NCBI GenBank assembly: GCA_019058015.1 | Contig: JAHLWH010000134.1 | Span: forward strand, 32,980-96,979 | Length of the DNA: 64,000 bases | Direction of reading: 5' to 3' | DNA from: Promethearchaeota archaeon | GTDB taxonomy: Archaea; Asgardarchaeota; Lokiarchaeia; Sigyniarchaeales; SOKP01 | Shown: positions 1-10,028 of the stretch, piece after piece | Layout of the letters: each line of letters starts with the position of its first letter | Position numbering within the stretch: the stretch's first letter is position 1 | Program-made: the position numbers and the translations under genes | Notes under the pieces: generated by a model | Seen by the model: only the letters and a program-made list of their open reading frames with translations | Told to the model about the DNA's origin: nothing | Database searches by the model: none

Positions 1-48
1 ATTTTTAAACCCTTTATTAAACATTATTTTATTAATTCTCTGACCTCC

Positions 49-657
49 CTATAAACTCCTATTCCTTTCATGGTTGGCTCCCTTTTTCCTCGATTTTGGT
101 ATTCCTATCCATTTTGGGGTCTTATCCATATATTCACGATATTCATTCCCATACTTTTCAAGGCACCATTTTTCTTCGGAAGGTATCCAAATGTGCATTA
201 GGATTAAAAATACTATTCCGCACAACAGAAAAATCCAGGAAACACAAGCTATGCCTATACCGATGAATATCAAGAAAATACCAAAGTTCATAGGATGCCT
301 TGAAATACGATACACACCTTTGGTAACCGGTTTATCCAATGGAGTAGTAGCAAAAGCTCCGTTCGCTATGACGAGAAAAATTATACACAACCAATAGACA
401 ATGAATCCGGCATAGAACCAAGCTGTATCTAGATTCAACGGCAAGAAAATACTATAAAATATTATAAATAATATTAAGAAAGCTTCGATTTTTGAAACTC
501 TTTTCTCTTTTTCAGTATGTCGGGCTAATTCTTCCTTAGACTCATATGTCTCTCTTCTCTTAAGAATAATATTACTAATAATACTTATTAAGATCTGGGG
601 AACGATAAAAATCCAAGCGTTACATAAACCTAACTCAAAAGCTGGTATAAGTGACAT
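49..657 (-). CDS. Isoprenylcysteine carboxylmethyltransferase / phospholipid methyltransferase family membrane protein
   Basis: Multi-TM protein with 'VTKGVYRISRHPMNFG' and 'EEKWCLEKYGNEYREYMDKTPKW' motifs typical of the ICMT/PEMT family. Confidence 0.85.
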   Translation of the reverse strand: MSLIPAFELGLCNAWIFIVPQILISIISNIILKRRETYESKEELARHTEKEKRVSKIEAFLILFIIFYSIFLPLNLDTAWFYAGFIVYWLCIIFLVIANGAFATTPLDKPVTKGVYRISRHPMNFGIFLIFIGIGIACVSWIFLLCGIVFLILMHIWIPSEEKWCLEKYGNEYREYMDKTPKWIGIPKSRKKGANHERNRSL

Positions 658-725
658 GATTTCACACCTTATGGTTCACTTTCACTCTTTGATTTTTTAT
701 TCATTTTCTCATTCCTTCATTCATC

Positions 726-1658
726 CTAGAAATCGTCTGCTTCACTTCTATAAAATTTGTCGCCGTAAACTTGCTGGAATGTCGCAGACTTCCTTAACGG
801 TTTTACCATTAATACACCGTAACTTCTATTTAGTACCATATATCCTCTGGATTGGTATGCTTGAAATATTTTGTTGTCAAGGACCACTCTGTCGATTACT
901 ATAGTTTGCGCTTTCTTTTCCACTTCGTCAATCAATTTGTTTGCTTCGTCGATTGTAGGCGAGATGATTTCTTGCACTAGAATCGTTTCTTTTCGTTCTT
1001 TAAGAAATACATATCCCATCTTAGTAATAATCGACGTTTCTGGTTGTATATCCCCACTTTTTTCAAGCATCTTAAAGTATCCTTTGTCTCTAACCACGAA
1101 GCCAGTTTTTTTGGCAGAACATTGGTTGTAGATTTCCAAAATTTTCTCCCAATCTAGCCTCTTTTTTCCATTTTCGGCTGTTTTAGATTCATTGGTTTTT
1201 TGAAGTATTTTATAAGCGCTTGGGAATTCTATGGCGATTTTATAGCCTAGTTTTTGATAGTAGGCAAACGCTATGAGGTATTTGCTGGTATTTAAGAAAG
1301 AAAATCTGTAACCTTGTTCTTGGAAGTATTGGTGGGCTCTTTGTATGAGGGTCGTAGAGATCCCCTTTCTCGCATGGTTTGGGAGGGTGGCTACTCCATG
1401 TATTCCTCCAGCGAGTTCTATTGATCCGTCTAGGGTTCTTGTGGCTAGATCCATCACTCCGACGAAACCGACTACTTGGTTGTTTTCTACCGCACAGTAG
1501 CCTACTGGACTGTCTTTTAACCGAGGATCGATTTTAATGATTTTTTCACGTTTTTGAGGGTTAAAAGGCCAGGAAAATGCTTGATCCATTAGTGGAACAA
1601 ACTCGTTTTTTAATCGTAGTTCTTTGTAGGTAATAATGTGCATCCCAATACCACTCAT
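726..1658 (-). CDS. GNAT family N-acetyltransferase (Eis-like N-terminus)
   Basis: Acetyl-CoA motif A 'IHGVATLPNHARKGIS' and 'YYQKLGY'. Confidence 0.85.
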   Translation of the reverse strand: MSGIGMHIITYKELRLKNEFVPLMDQAFSWPFNPQKREKIIKIDPRLKDSPVGYCAVENNQVVGFVGVMDLATRTLDGSIELAGGIHGVATLPNHARKGISTTLIQRAHQYFQEQGYRFSFLNTSKYLIAFAYYQKLGYKIAIEFPSAYKILQKTNESKTAENGKKRLDWEKILEIYNQCSAKKTGFVVRDKGYFKMLEKSGDIQPETSIITKMGYVFLKERKETILVQEIISPTIDEANKLIDEVEKKAQTIVIDRVVLDNKIFQAYQSRGYMVLNRSYGVLMVKPLRKSATFQQVYGDKFYRSEADDF

Positions 1659-1766
1659 TTGGTTGAATTTAAGCTAAATCTGAGAATTCTAATGTGTTTA
1701 ATAAGTATATCACTATTAAAATTTCCGTATTTATTTTTTATTTTTGATTGAATTAATTCTCAAATT

Positions 1767-2010
1767 TTAATTTAAATAATTTTTAAATCCTTTATTCAAA
1801 CATTTTTTTATTGAATTACGTACTTCTCTAAATCCACTTAATTCTTTCATTGAAGGATCCCCAATATCTCCCCAATCACCTGCGAATTCTCTCAGTGTAT
1901 AAATTTCCTTTCTCATAGATTCATCGAACCTTTTTATCTCTTCCTTGTGTTTCTCTGTTAAGGTCAAAATCAAATCAGCTTTCTTAAATATCGACGTTTT
2001 AAATCTAATC
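1767..2010 (-). pseudogene. 5'-truncated duplicate of the LMW phosphatase gene at 2941-3444
   Basis: 'ILTLTEKHKEEIKRFDESMRKEIYTLREFAGDWGDIGDPSMKELSGFREVRNSIKKCL' aligns to the C-terminal half of 2941-3444; the P-loop is missing and the DNA similarity breaks with a frameshift near 1985-2010. Confidence 0.8.
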
Positions 2011-2046
2011 TAATTACAACTAAAAAGATTTAATAATAAATTTAAT

Positions 2047-2883
2047 TTAATTTTGTAAAAAATCTATGATAATCTTATTTATTTCGGGAGCTCTTGATAA
2101 TGTCATAAAATGTCCTGCTTTTTCAATAATATTTAAGGTACTATTTGGAATTCTTTTATGCATCTCAATAATAGATGATTTGGGAGTCAATCTATCGTGA
2201 GAAGCTGCAAGTAATAAGGTTTTATTTTTAATTTCACTCAATCTTTCTAATGTATTATGTTTGGCAATGGCATGTGCTCGATTTTCAATATCTTGAGGAG
2301 TTGGTGGATCTATCGTACTTTCTCTTATAAGCTCCTCTACTGACCAAATTCCATGAAATTTTTTCTTAGGATTAGCTTCCATTTGTTTTCTAAATTCTTT
2401 ATAATATAATACTCGAGCTTTTTGCCAAAACTCTTTCACTGGATCTTCTTTAAGTCGTTTCAAACCTTCAATATAGGATTCTTTAAGCATTTTGGCTCCT
2501 TGTTCATCTGGCATACCTGGATTAGTAGTAATTAGCACTAATTTATCTACACATTCAGGATAATTTAATACAAAATGCTGAGCAATCATCCCACCCAAAG
2601 ATCTTCCAATTAAATGAACCTTTTTGATATGAAGATAATCCATTAAACCTTTTATATCATCTGCAAACATCCCCATAGTATAAGGTTTATTTGGGCGATC
2701 GGATTTACCAGAACCACGAATATCAAATGTGATTACTTTAAATTTTTTGCTTAGCGCCCCCACTTGTGAGTTCCAAATCTCTTTTTTTGCACCAAACCCA
2801 TGAATTAAGATTATAGGAATAATTTTCTCTCTGCCGTAAATTTCATAACAAAGCTTTATTCCATTAATATCTGCAAAACTCAT
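2047..2883 (-). CDS. Alpha/beta hydrolase
   Basis: HGFG oxyanion motif, GRSLGG nucleophile elbow, catalytic D and AGH. Confidence 0.92.
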   Translation of the reverse strand: MSFADINGIKLCYEIYGREKIIPIILIHGFGAKKEIWNSQVGALSKKFKVITFDIRGSGKSDRPNKPYTMGMFADDIKGLMDYLHIKKVHLIGRSLGGMIAQHFVLNYPECVDKLVLITTNPGMPDEQGAKMLKESYIEGLKRLKEDPVKEFWQKARVLYYKEFRKQMEANPKKKFHGIWSVEELIRESTIDPPTPQDIENRAHAIAKHNTLERLSEIKNKTLLLAASHDRLTPKSSIIEMHKRIPNSTLNIIEKAGHFMTLSRAPEINKIIIDFLQN

Positions 2884-2940
2884 AATATTAAATATTTACT
2901 TTTAATAATAATAACTTTAATGAATGGTGGAAATGCACAA

Positions 2941-3444
2941 TTAAATATCAAATAATATTAAAATTTTTTTTAACCCTTTTTCTAAACATGTTTTAATTTC
3001 ATTTCTTGCCTGCCTAAAGCCGGCCAATTCCTTCATCGACGGGTCTCCAATATCTCCCGTCTCCTCAGCAATTTCTTTTAATGTTAGAATCTCCTTACCT
3101 TTAGATTCATCAAAATTTTTAATTTCTTCTTTATGCTGCTCAGTTAAAGTTAAAATCAAATCAGATCTTTTAATTAAATCTCGGTGTTTCTTTAAATCGA
3201 TAGATAAATAATTTTCAGGCAAATTTATTCCAATCTCTTCCATCACCAATCTAGCATCCAATGAGGTGAGCATCCCATCCCTTGCATGAGACGATATTCC
3301 CCCTGAAAAGACTTTAACTCCTTGAATGTCATTATCTGCCAAAAATCTTTTCAAAAAACCTACTACCATCGGGCTTCTAGCGGTATTAACGCTACAAACG
3401 ACCAATATCGACTTATAAGGAAATTGCTTCTCTCTACTACTCAT
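2941..3444 (-). CDS. Low-molecular-weight protein tyrosine/arginine phosphatase (LMW-PTP/ArsC family)
   Basis: P-loop 'VCSVNTARS' (CxxNxxRS) and 'DIGDP' general acid motif. Confidence 0.9.
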   Translation of the reverse strand: MSSREKQFPYKSILVVCSVNTARSPMVVGFLKRFLADNDIQGVKVFSGGISSHARDGMLTSLDARLVMEEIGINLPENYLSIDLKKHRDLIKRSDLILTLTEQHKEEIKNFDESKGKEILTLKEIAEETGDIGDPSMKELAGFRQARNEIKTCLEKGLKKILILFDI

Positions 3445-3496
3445 TTCTTGTACAATCTAAAAGAAGTTAAAATTTAAAAGAAAAAATATGAAATAA

Positions 3497-4378
3497 TTAG
3501 ACGGCATTATATCTTTCTAACAGTGTTTGTGGACGTGCTCTATGAAGTTTTAAGTTAAGATCGTCATATTTATAGCCCATTGCAAGTGCTAATAATTCTG
3601 TTAGGTAGAGAATAGGTATGTTATATTCCTTTTCGAATAACTTTTTCAAATTTCTCTGAGAGTTGTCCATTTGTTGATAACAGGCAGGACATATTACTAC
3701 GAAGCACTTAGCACCAGCCTGAATAGCGCTATCAAATTTTTGCTTTAATATTTGCATTGCTGGCTCTTCTTCAGTATTTCCAACACCCGCTCCGCAACAT
3801 AAAACTTCTTCATCGTAATCAACTGCAGTTGCACCAGTTGCCTCAACTAATTCACGTAAACACTTGGGTTCCATAGGATCGTCCCATTGCATAATATGAG
3901 ATGGTCTAGCGTAATGGCATCCCGTATGGCAAGCGACTTTAAGGCCAGTGAAAGGTGTCGTTATAGCTTCTTTAATCTTTTCTATGCCTACATCTTCGAT
4001 TAAAATTTGCACAAAGTGTTTTACACTAATTGTCCCTTTAAATTCTCGACCAATCTTTGCCAGAACCGCATTTATTGAAGCCCTTTCTTCTTCACTCTGT
4101 TTTAATTCGACATTAACTGCTTTCAAAGTCTGAGTGCATCCATTACATAATGAGGCAATAGATCTATTATCATTTTCTGCAATGGTGAGATTTCTCGCGC
4201 TCAAAACCATCCAGCTTTTATGGTGAACTGCATTAAATCCTACTGGATCTGGACAACAGTTAAAAGGTGCATCGAATGTTTTTACGCCCAATTTATCAAA
4301 GACTTTCCTTGCTGAATCTTCTAAGTAAGGTAAGCGATTTGGGATAACACATCCTGGAAATAAATCGTATTCTTCCAT
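3497..4378 (-). CDS. hdrB: Heterodisulfide reductase subunit B
   Basis: 'FPGC', 'CCPDP', 'CNGC', 'HTGCH', 'CCGAG', 'CPAC' CCG-domain motifs. Confidence 0.93.
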   Translation of the reverse strand: MEEYDLFPGCVIPNRLPYLEDSARKVFDKLGVKTFDAPFNCCPDPVGFNAVHHKSWMVLSARNLTIAENDNRSIASLCNGCTQTLKAVNVELKQSEEERASINAVLAKIGREFKGTISVKHFVQILIEDVGIEKIKEAITTPFTGLKVACHTGCHYARPSHIMQWDDPMEPKCLRELVEATGATAVDYDEEVLCCGAGVGNTEEEPAMQILKQKFDSAIQAGAKCFVVICPACYQQMDNSQRNLKKLFEKEYNIPILYLTELLALAMGYKYDDLNLKLHRARPQTLLERYNAV

Positions 4379-4908
4379 TATTTTTCTCCCTCCTTCTTTT
4401 CTTCTTCTATTGGTCCTATTATTTTTTCAAGTCCTGTTTCTTTTAATAATGCTCTAACTTCTTTTTTATCAACTTTTGGTGCTTTAGGTAATCCCATCTG
4501 ATCACGTCTTCTCTCTATTGCTGGTGCTAGTGGAATAGCCTTACCATGTTCTAAAATAAATTTTGCTTGAGTTGTATAATAATCAGGAGCTTCTCCTTTT
4601 TTTACGCTCATATTTTTTAATAAGGTAAAGATCTCGGTCAATTCAACATTCTGAGGGCACATTTCATCACATGTATCACAAACAGTGCAGCCCCAGATAT
4701 TAAAATTATTTTCGGTACCTAGTAATAAATTATCTTTAAGTCCTAAAAGTGAATTTAAAATTAATTTTCTCGGATTATATCTACCATTGGTTACTTGAGC
4801 CACTGGGCAAGCTCCAGAGCATGTTCCACATTGATAGCAATAGGCGAGTGTATTTCCCAAATCTTTTTGGATAATACTATTACGGAATTCGAAATCGATA
4901 ACTGCCAA
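4378..4908 (-). CDS. hdrC: Heterodisulfide reductase subunit C
   Basis: Two 4Fe-4S motifs 'CYQCGTCSGACP' and 'CTVCDTCDEMCP'; translationally coupled to hdrB; TTG start. Confidence 0.93.
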   Translation of the reverse strand: MAVIDFEFRNSIIQKDLGNTLAYCYQCGTCSGACPVAQVTNGRYNPRKLILNSLLGLKDNLLLGTENNFNIWGCTVCDTCDEMCPQNVELTEIFTLLKNMSVKKGEAPDYYTTQAKFILEHGKAIPLAPAIERRRDQMGLPKAPKVDKKEVRALLKETGLEKIIGPIEEEKKEGEK

Positions 4909-5057
4909 ATCTTATCACTAAATTTTTTTGTAATTTAATTTTGTAACAATTCCAAAAAATAAAAGACTAACTCTATTTGATTTTAAAATTTTTTTTAAAA
5001 AATCATGTAAATACTATATAATTTAAAATAAAGAAAAAAAAATGTTTAATTTACTAA

Positions 5058-5426
5058 TTACTTTACAGATTCATTTTCTTCCATAATTCCAAATTGATTT
5101 CCTTCTGTATCCTTAAAAAATGCGAAATATCCAACTCCAGGAATAGAGAATTTCGGTGTTGTAATTGTTCCACCATTTTTTACAATTTTTTTACAAAATT
5201 CATCTACGGAAGGTACATCAATGAAATTAAAAATTTTATCATCAGGATTTTCTCTTTTCTGTAAACCTCCATCAATACCTGGGATGTCTTCTTGGCCTGT
5301 ACTGATTAACCAATATTCGACAGAACCTTCCCATTTTTCAATTTTCCAATCAAAAACATTCTCATAAAATTTTTTTGCTCGTAATGGTTGATCAGCATTA
5401 ATTTCAAAATGAGTAACTCTAGGCAT
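5058..5426 (-). CDS. VOC/glyoxalase family protein
   Basis: 'VTHFEI...RAKKFYENVFDW', 'IPGVGYFAFFKDTEGNQFGI'. Confidence 0.92.
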   Translation of the reverse strand: MPRVTHFEINADQPLRAKKFYENVFDWKIEKWEGSVEYWLISTGQEDIPGIDGGLQKRENPDDKIFNFIDVPSVDEFCKKIVKNGGTITTPKFSIPGVGYFAFFKDTEGNQFGIMEENESVK

Positions 5427-5619
5427 ATTTTCACCTTAGTTTTTTTTTATTATTTATACTAAACAATTTCAGAATTATATTAATAAAATGTCTAAATCCC
5501 GTAAATTAAAGAAATAATATATATATAATTAATTTTAAAAAAATACCAGAAAGTGAATAAAAATCTTTTTAAAATCAATTAAGAGAAAAAATTCTGCATT
5601 TTAAGCAACTACGTGAAAT

Positions 5620-7464
5620 TTAATCTTCCTTTTTAATGGATTTTATCCAATTTGCATATTTCTCGGCCATAGCTTCAAAATTTACGTCATCCTTTAACGA
5701 AACAATTATATTATCACCATGAACTATACGAATATCTGCTTGAAGATCAATAGGATCTTTATATTCAGGAATTTCTTTCAATTTTTCAATGGATTTCTCC
5801 GCTTCATAATAAATTTCTTCGATCGATTTATTTATTTGATCAATGAAAGCATTAGCACTAAACTCTTCACCAGTCAGATCTTTTATATATTCTGTAAAAC
5901 TTTTTAGATTTCCTTGCTCCCAGTATTCTTTTCGGAGTTCTTCGCCAATTTTTGGGTTATCAATAATGTATCCATATTTTTTTAAGAAATATGTGCGGGT
6001 TTGGTATACGCCTAGCAAACCAAGAAGATAGGAATGATAATATGCAGAAAAATCTCCCGTAATGAGATGAGGAATGGATAAAGTCGGGAAATAACTTGGT
6101 TCTGTTAAAATGTCCGCTTCGATTTTTCGTATAGTAGGAAGTATTTTGTCTGCGGTTAAATCTCCATCCGATAATTCATAAAGATATTTTTCTATTATTG
6201 AAGTTGTCAAAATACGTCTTGAAGCAAATATCAGATCTCTATGTTGATTTTCAAGATTTTCCTTAATAAGTTCCCACGGAATAGGTTCTCCTTGTTCATT
6301 GGCTGCATAAAGGGAAAGCCAATCTGCATCATTTATTAATTGATCTATAAACATTGATTGAGTTTCTGCAAAGGAGGGTGATGTAGGTGGGAATTCTTGT
6401 GAAAAACATGGAGAAGGCATAGTTATGTTTGATGTATGTGCTGAATGTCCACCTTCATGAAGGAGAACAATTAAAGTATCCTTTCCACTTCCAATTGTTC
6501 CTGGAATAGCAGTGGAAGCAATATTTATCCATGCAGGCTTAAATTCCCCATTTTCTATATATGGTGGGAAAGGTATATGCATAAAGCGTGCAGGAGATTT
6601 TCCTTTCCTTTCTACTAAATCCAGTTGTAAAAGTGCATTTTTAAAATCAATTCCCATTGCCATAAAAGTTTTCCCAAAACGTATTAAGGCTTGTTCCAAG
6701 GGAAAATAAGGGTCTAATTGAGCATTGAGATACCCTTCGGAGTAAAATTTATAATTCCAAGGTTTAACTGCATTTTCTCCATGTTTGCTCTTTAATTCAT
6801 TTGCAACTATTTGACAGGCAGAACGTGTATTTTTTTCAAAGTCATCAAGTATTGAAAAAAGTTGCTTTTTCGACATATCACCAAAGATAAACGCCCTATA
6901 ATCATAGTAATCTTCATATCCTAACATCCGAGCCAGGCGGTTTCGTTCTTTGATAATATTGATAAAACCGTTTTTAAGTAAAAATGTCTCAATTGAACAA
7001 AGGCTTTCATAAACAGCTCTGCGAACTGATTCATCTTTTTCGGAAGTAATCATTAAATATAATTTAGTTGAACTGGCTTCAATAAATTCACCTGTTTTGG
7101 GATCTATATATCCCAATTTCATTTCTTGACGAGTTTGACCTAATTTTTCCTCCATTTTAACAATTTTTTGGGCTAACGCTTTCGCTTCTTCGTTTTCAAT
7201 TGCATGAATTTCAAAATATTTCTTCCATCCGAGAAGACCGATTCTCTCTTCATCGGATAAATCATTTTTTTCAAGTTCTTTTCGAATCTCTTTTAGGATT
7301 GAAGTGTCTGAAATATACGCTTTTAATATATTTTCTGTTTTAGCAAAATCTCTGGGAATAAATTCTTTTAAATTCATATACATTGCCCAGAATGCTTTTT
7401 CCTTGGCAATGTGTAATTTAAGATATTTTTCATTTAATTTATGATTAAGAGACATAACAATCAT
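5620..7464 (-). CDS. M3 family metallopeptidase (oligopeptidase-like)
   Basis: HEGGH zinc motif, 'FAETQSMF' third ligand, 'ARMLGYEDYYDY', 'YYHSYLLG'. Confidence 0.85.
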   Translation of the reverse strand: MIVMSLNHKLNEKYLKLHIAKEKAFWAMYMNLKEFIPRDFAKTENILKAYISDTSILKEIRKELEKNDLSDEERIGLLGWKKYFEIHAIENEEAKALAQKIVKMEEKLGQTRQEMKLGYIDPKTGEFIEASSTKLYLMITSEKDESVRRAVYESLCSIETFLLKNGFINIIKERNRLARMLGYEDYYDYRAFIFGDMSKKQLFSILDDFEKNTRSACQIVANELKSKHGENAVKPWNYKFYSEGYLNAQLDPYFPLEQALIRFGKTFMAMGIDFKNALLQLDLVERKGKSPARFMHIPFPPYIENGEFKPAWINIASTAIPGTIGSGKDTLIVLLHEGGHSAHTSNITMPSPCFSQEFPPTSPSFAETQSMFIDQLINDADWLSLYAANEQGEPIPWELIKENLENQHRDLIFASRRILTTSIIEKYLYELSDGDLTADKILPTIRKIEADILTEPSYFPTLSIPHLITGDFSAYYHSYLLGLLGVYQTRTYFLKKYGYIIDNPKIGEELRKEYWEQGNLKSFTEYIKDLTGEEFSANAFIDQINKSIEEIYYEAEKSIEKLKEIPEYKDPIDLQADIRIVHGDNIIVSLKDDVNFEAMAEKYANWIKSIKKED

Positions 7465-7521
7465 TTCAACTTGGTTCAGTCAAATAATAAACATAACTCT
7501 CCTATAATATTTTCGTAAAAA

Positions 7522-9918
7522 TTATTGATTTTGATATTTAAAAATTCCACCAATTAATTGTCCTGTACTAATACCAGCATCACCAGGAGCGACTAAATCA
7601 TGTTCTAGAAAAGTAAATCCCTCCTTAATTATCATATTTTTGATTGTATTGCTAAATGAATAATTATATGCAACTCCTCCTGTTAAACCAATTTTATTAA
7701 TTCCATTACTTTCAGCCATTTTAACAGCAATATCTGCAAAAGCTTTCCCAAACTCGACTTGGAATGCTACAGCAATATCTTCTTTTCTATTATTTGAATT
7801 TTCTAATAAATTTAATATGTTAGTAATTATTTCTGAAGTCTTAATGATGTATTGTCCATTTTCTTTAATAAAATTTATAGATAACTCAATATTATTTGGG
7901 TTTCCTTTAGAAGCCAATCCTTCCAATCGAATAGCAGGTTCACCTTGATAGGTTTTTAGTTTACATGCATCCAACAAATATGAGATGACATCAAAAATTC
8001 TCCCTGTTGCACTTGTTAAAGGAATATTTTTTGTTGGAAAATTTCGATTGGAATATATAAATTGAGAAATTATGCCTTCTAATTCTGCGGATTTATGTTC
8101 TAAATCATTTTTTAATTCCATTTTCTGGAAAACTTTATTAGCTTCTTCAACTCCGATGATATTTAGTAAGATTGAAGCAAACATTCGTCCAGGGTATTTT
8201 GCACATCGATCACCCCCAATCATTGGCTGAGATTCTAAATGACCTAATCTTTGGTATCCACTATAAGAACTTAATAAGAGTTCTCCGCCCCACACGGTAT
8301 GGTCTTCACCATAACCAACTCCGTCGGTGGCAATTGCTATAATTTCTTCATCTGGGGATATTTTATTTTCAGCCATTAAACCTAGAACATGAGCAAAATG
8401 ATGTTGAATTGGAAAATACTCAACTCTAAAATTTTCTGCAAGTTCCTTAGCATAATTGGTTGTATAGAAAGACGGGTGCAAATCACATGCAATAAATTTA
8501 ATTTCATTATCTTCAATCTGTAACAAATTTTTTATATTCATCAATGCATTTTTCAAAAAATTTAATGTTTCAAGGCTGGTTACATGACCAATATGTTGAG
8601 TTGGGAAGATTCTATTTCGCCTTAATACTGCTCCAGTTAAATTTAATTCAGGTCCAGTTGCCAAAGCCCCCGGAACATCTACTTCAAAAGGTAATGGCAG
8701 GTATTCAGGAATATAACCTCTAGATCGACGAATTAATTTAATTTTGTTTCCATGTACTCTTAAAACACTATCATCACATCTCTGAAAAATTGTTCTATTA
8801 TGTAAGAGAAAAAAATCAGCAAGTCCTTGCAATTGCTCAAAAATCATTTCATTTCTTATTCCCATAGGTAAATTTGATACATTTCCGCTAGTATAGATTA
8901 ATGGTTTTTGCCCTATAAAATCAAAAAGCAGATAATGAATCCCGGCATAAGGTAACATTACACCTATTGAACTTAAACCTGGAGCCACTTGATTTGAAAG
9001 TATTCCATCATTAGATCCTTTTTTTTTTTCAAGAATGACAATAGGTCTTCTAAAAGAAGTTAAAAATTCTCTTTCTTTCTCAGAGAATATAACAAAATTT
9101 TCAAGAACCTCTAATTTAGGAGTCATAATAGCAAAGGGTTTATATTTCCGATCTTTTTTTCTATTTCTTAGATCTTCTAGTACTTTATCATCTTCAGCCA
9201 AACAAATTAAATGAACTCCTCCCATCCCTTTAACTGCGGCAATTTCACCACTATTAATTCTTCTGGCTGTGATTTCCAAGATTTCTTTAATAGAATTTGT
9301 CTCAATTATATTTTTAGATTTATCATATAACTGGTATTGTGGTCCACAAACTGCGCAAGCAAATGTTTGGGCATGAAATCGTCTATTATTAAAATCTTTA
9401 TATTCCTTTACACATGATGTTTTGTCCTCATTACATAATGGAAATTCAATCATAGTACTTCTCTCTCGATCGTAAGGTAAAGTATTAACAATCGTATAAC
9501 GTGGACCACAGACTGCACAAGCAACAAAAGGATACATATAATATCTTTTTTTATTTTTATCTCTTAAATCATTCACGCAATCATCACAAATTGCAATGTC
9601 TGGGGGAAGAGTAAGACTTATTCCACGACTTTTTTCACTTTTTCGAATCTTTAAATCTTTAAATTCCTCATCAGTCTCTATTTTCTTAACCGAAATTGAT
9701 TCAACATAGGAAATCTTTGGCTTTTTTAATTTAATATCCTCAACAAATCTATCCAATAATTCTTCTTCTCCAGTGAGAACAAGACGGACTCCCGCATTAC
9801 CTTGATTTAAAATATATCCTTTAAATCCATATTTTCGAGCTAAATTAAATAAAAAAGGTCTAAAGCCAACGCCTTGGACTATGCCCGTAATGTTAATTTC
9901 GATTTTAATATTTTTCAC
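7522..9918 (-). CDS. hypF: Carbamoyltransferase HypF
   Basis: Acylphosphatase 'GIVQGVGFRPF', zinc fingers 'CGPRY..LPYDR', 'RRFHAQ', 'QHHFAH', 'PGDAGISTGQ'. Confidence 0.97.
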   Translation of the reverse strand: MKNIKIEINITGIVQGVGFRPFLFNLARKYGFKGYILNQGNAGVRLVLTGEEELLDRFVEDIKLKKPKISYVESISVKKIETDEEFKDLKIRKSEKSRGISLTLPPDIAICDDCVNDLRDKNKKRYYMYPFVACAVCGPRYTIVNTLPYDRERSTMIEFPLCNEDKTSCVKEYKDFNNRRFHAQTFACAVCGPQYQLYDKSKNIIETNSIKEILEITARRINSGEIAAVKGMGGVHLICLAEDDKVLEDLRNRKKDRKYKPFAIMTPKLEVLENFVIFSEKEREFLTSFRRPIVILEKKKGSNDGILSNQVAPGLSSIGVMLPYAGIHYLLFDFIGQKPLIYTSGNVSNLPMGIRNEMIFEQLQGLADFFLLHNRTIFQRCDDSVLRVHGNKIKLIRRSRGYIPEYLPLPFEVDVPGALATGPELNLTGAVLRRNRIFPTQHIGHVTSLETLNFLKNALMNIKNLLQIEDNEIKFIACDLHPSFYTTNYAKELAENFRVEYFPIQHHFAHVLGLMAENKISPDEEIIAIATDGVGYGEDHTVWGGELLLSSYSGYQRLGHLESQPMIGGDRCAKYPGRMFASILLNIIGVEEANKVFQKMELKNDLEHKSAELEGIISQFIYSNRNFPTKNIPLTSATGRIFDVISYLLDACKLKTYQGEPAIRLEGLASKGNPNNIELSINFIKENGQYIIKTSEIITNILNLLENSNNRKEDIAVAFQVEFGKAFADIAVKMAESNGINKIGLTGGVAYNYSFSNTIKNMIIKEGFTFLEHDLVAPGDAGISTGQLIGGIFKYQNQ

Positions 9919-10028
9919 TTCAATAGGTGCAGCATTAATTTTAATTTATTCTCAATAATCGGAATTGATAGATTTTATTTTAATTTAATTTAATTAAATT
10001 TTAATGCATTCTCAATATTATATTATTC

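Noticed and set aside
49-657. ICMT-like gene plus the M48 protease as a CAAX-processing system
   Set aside because: The genes are 31 kb apart, both families are widespread in prokaryotes, and no protein prenyltransferase is present
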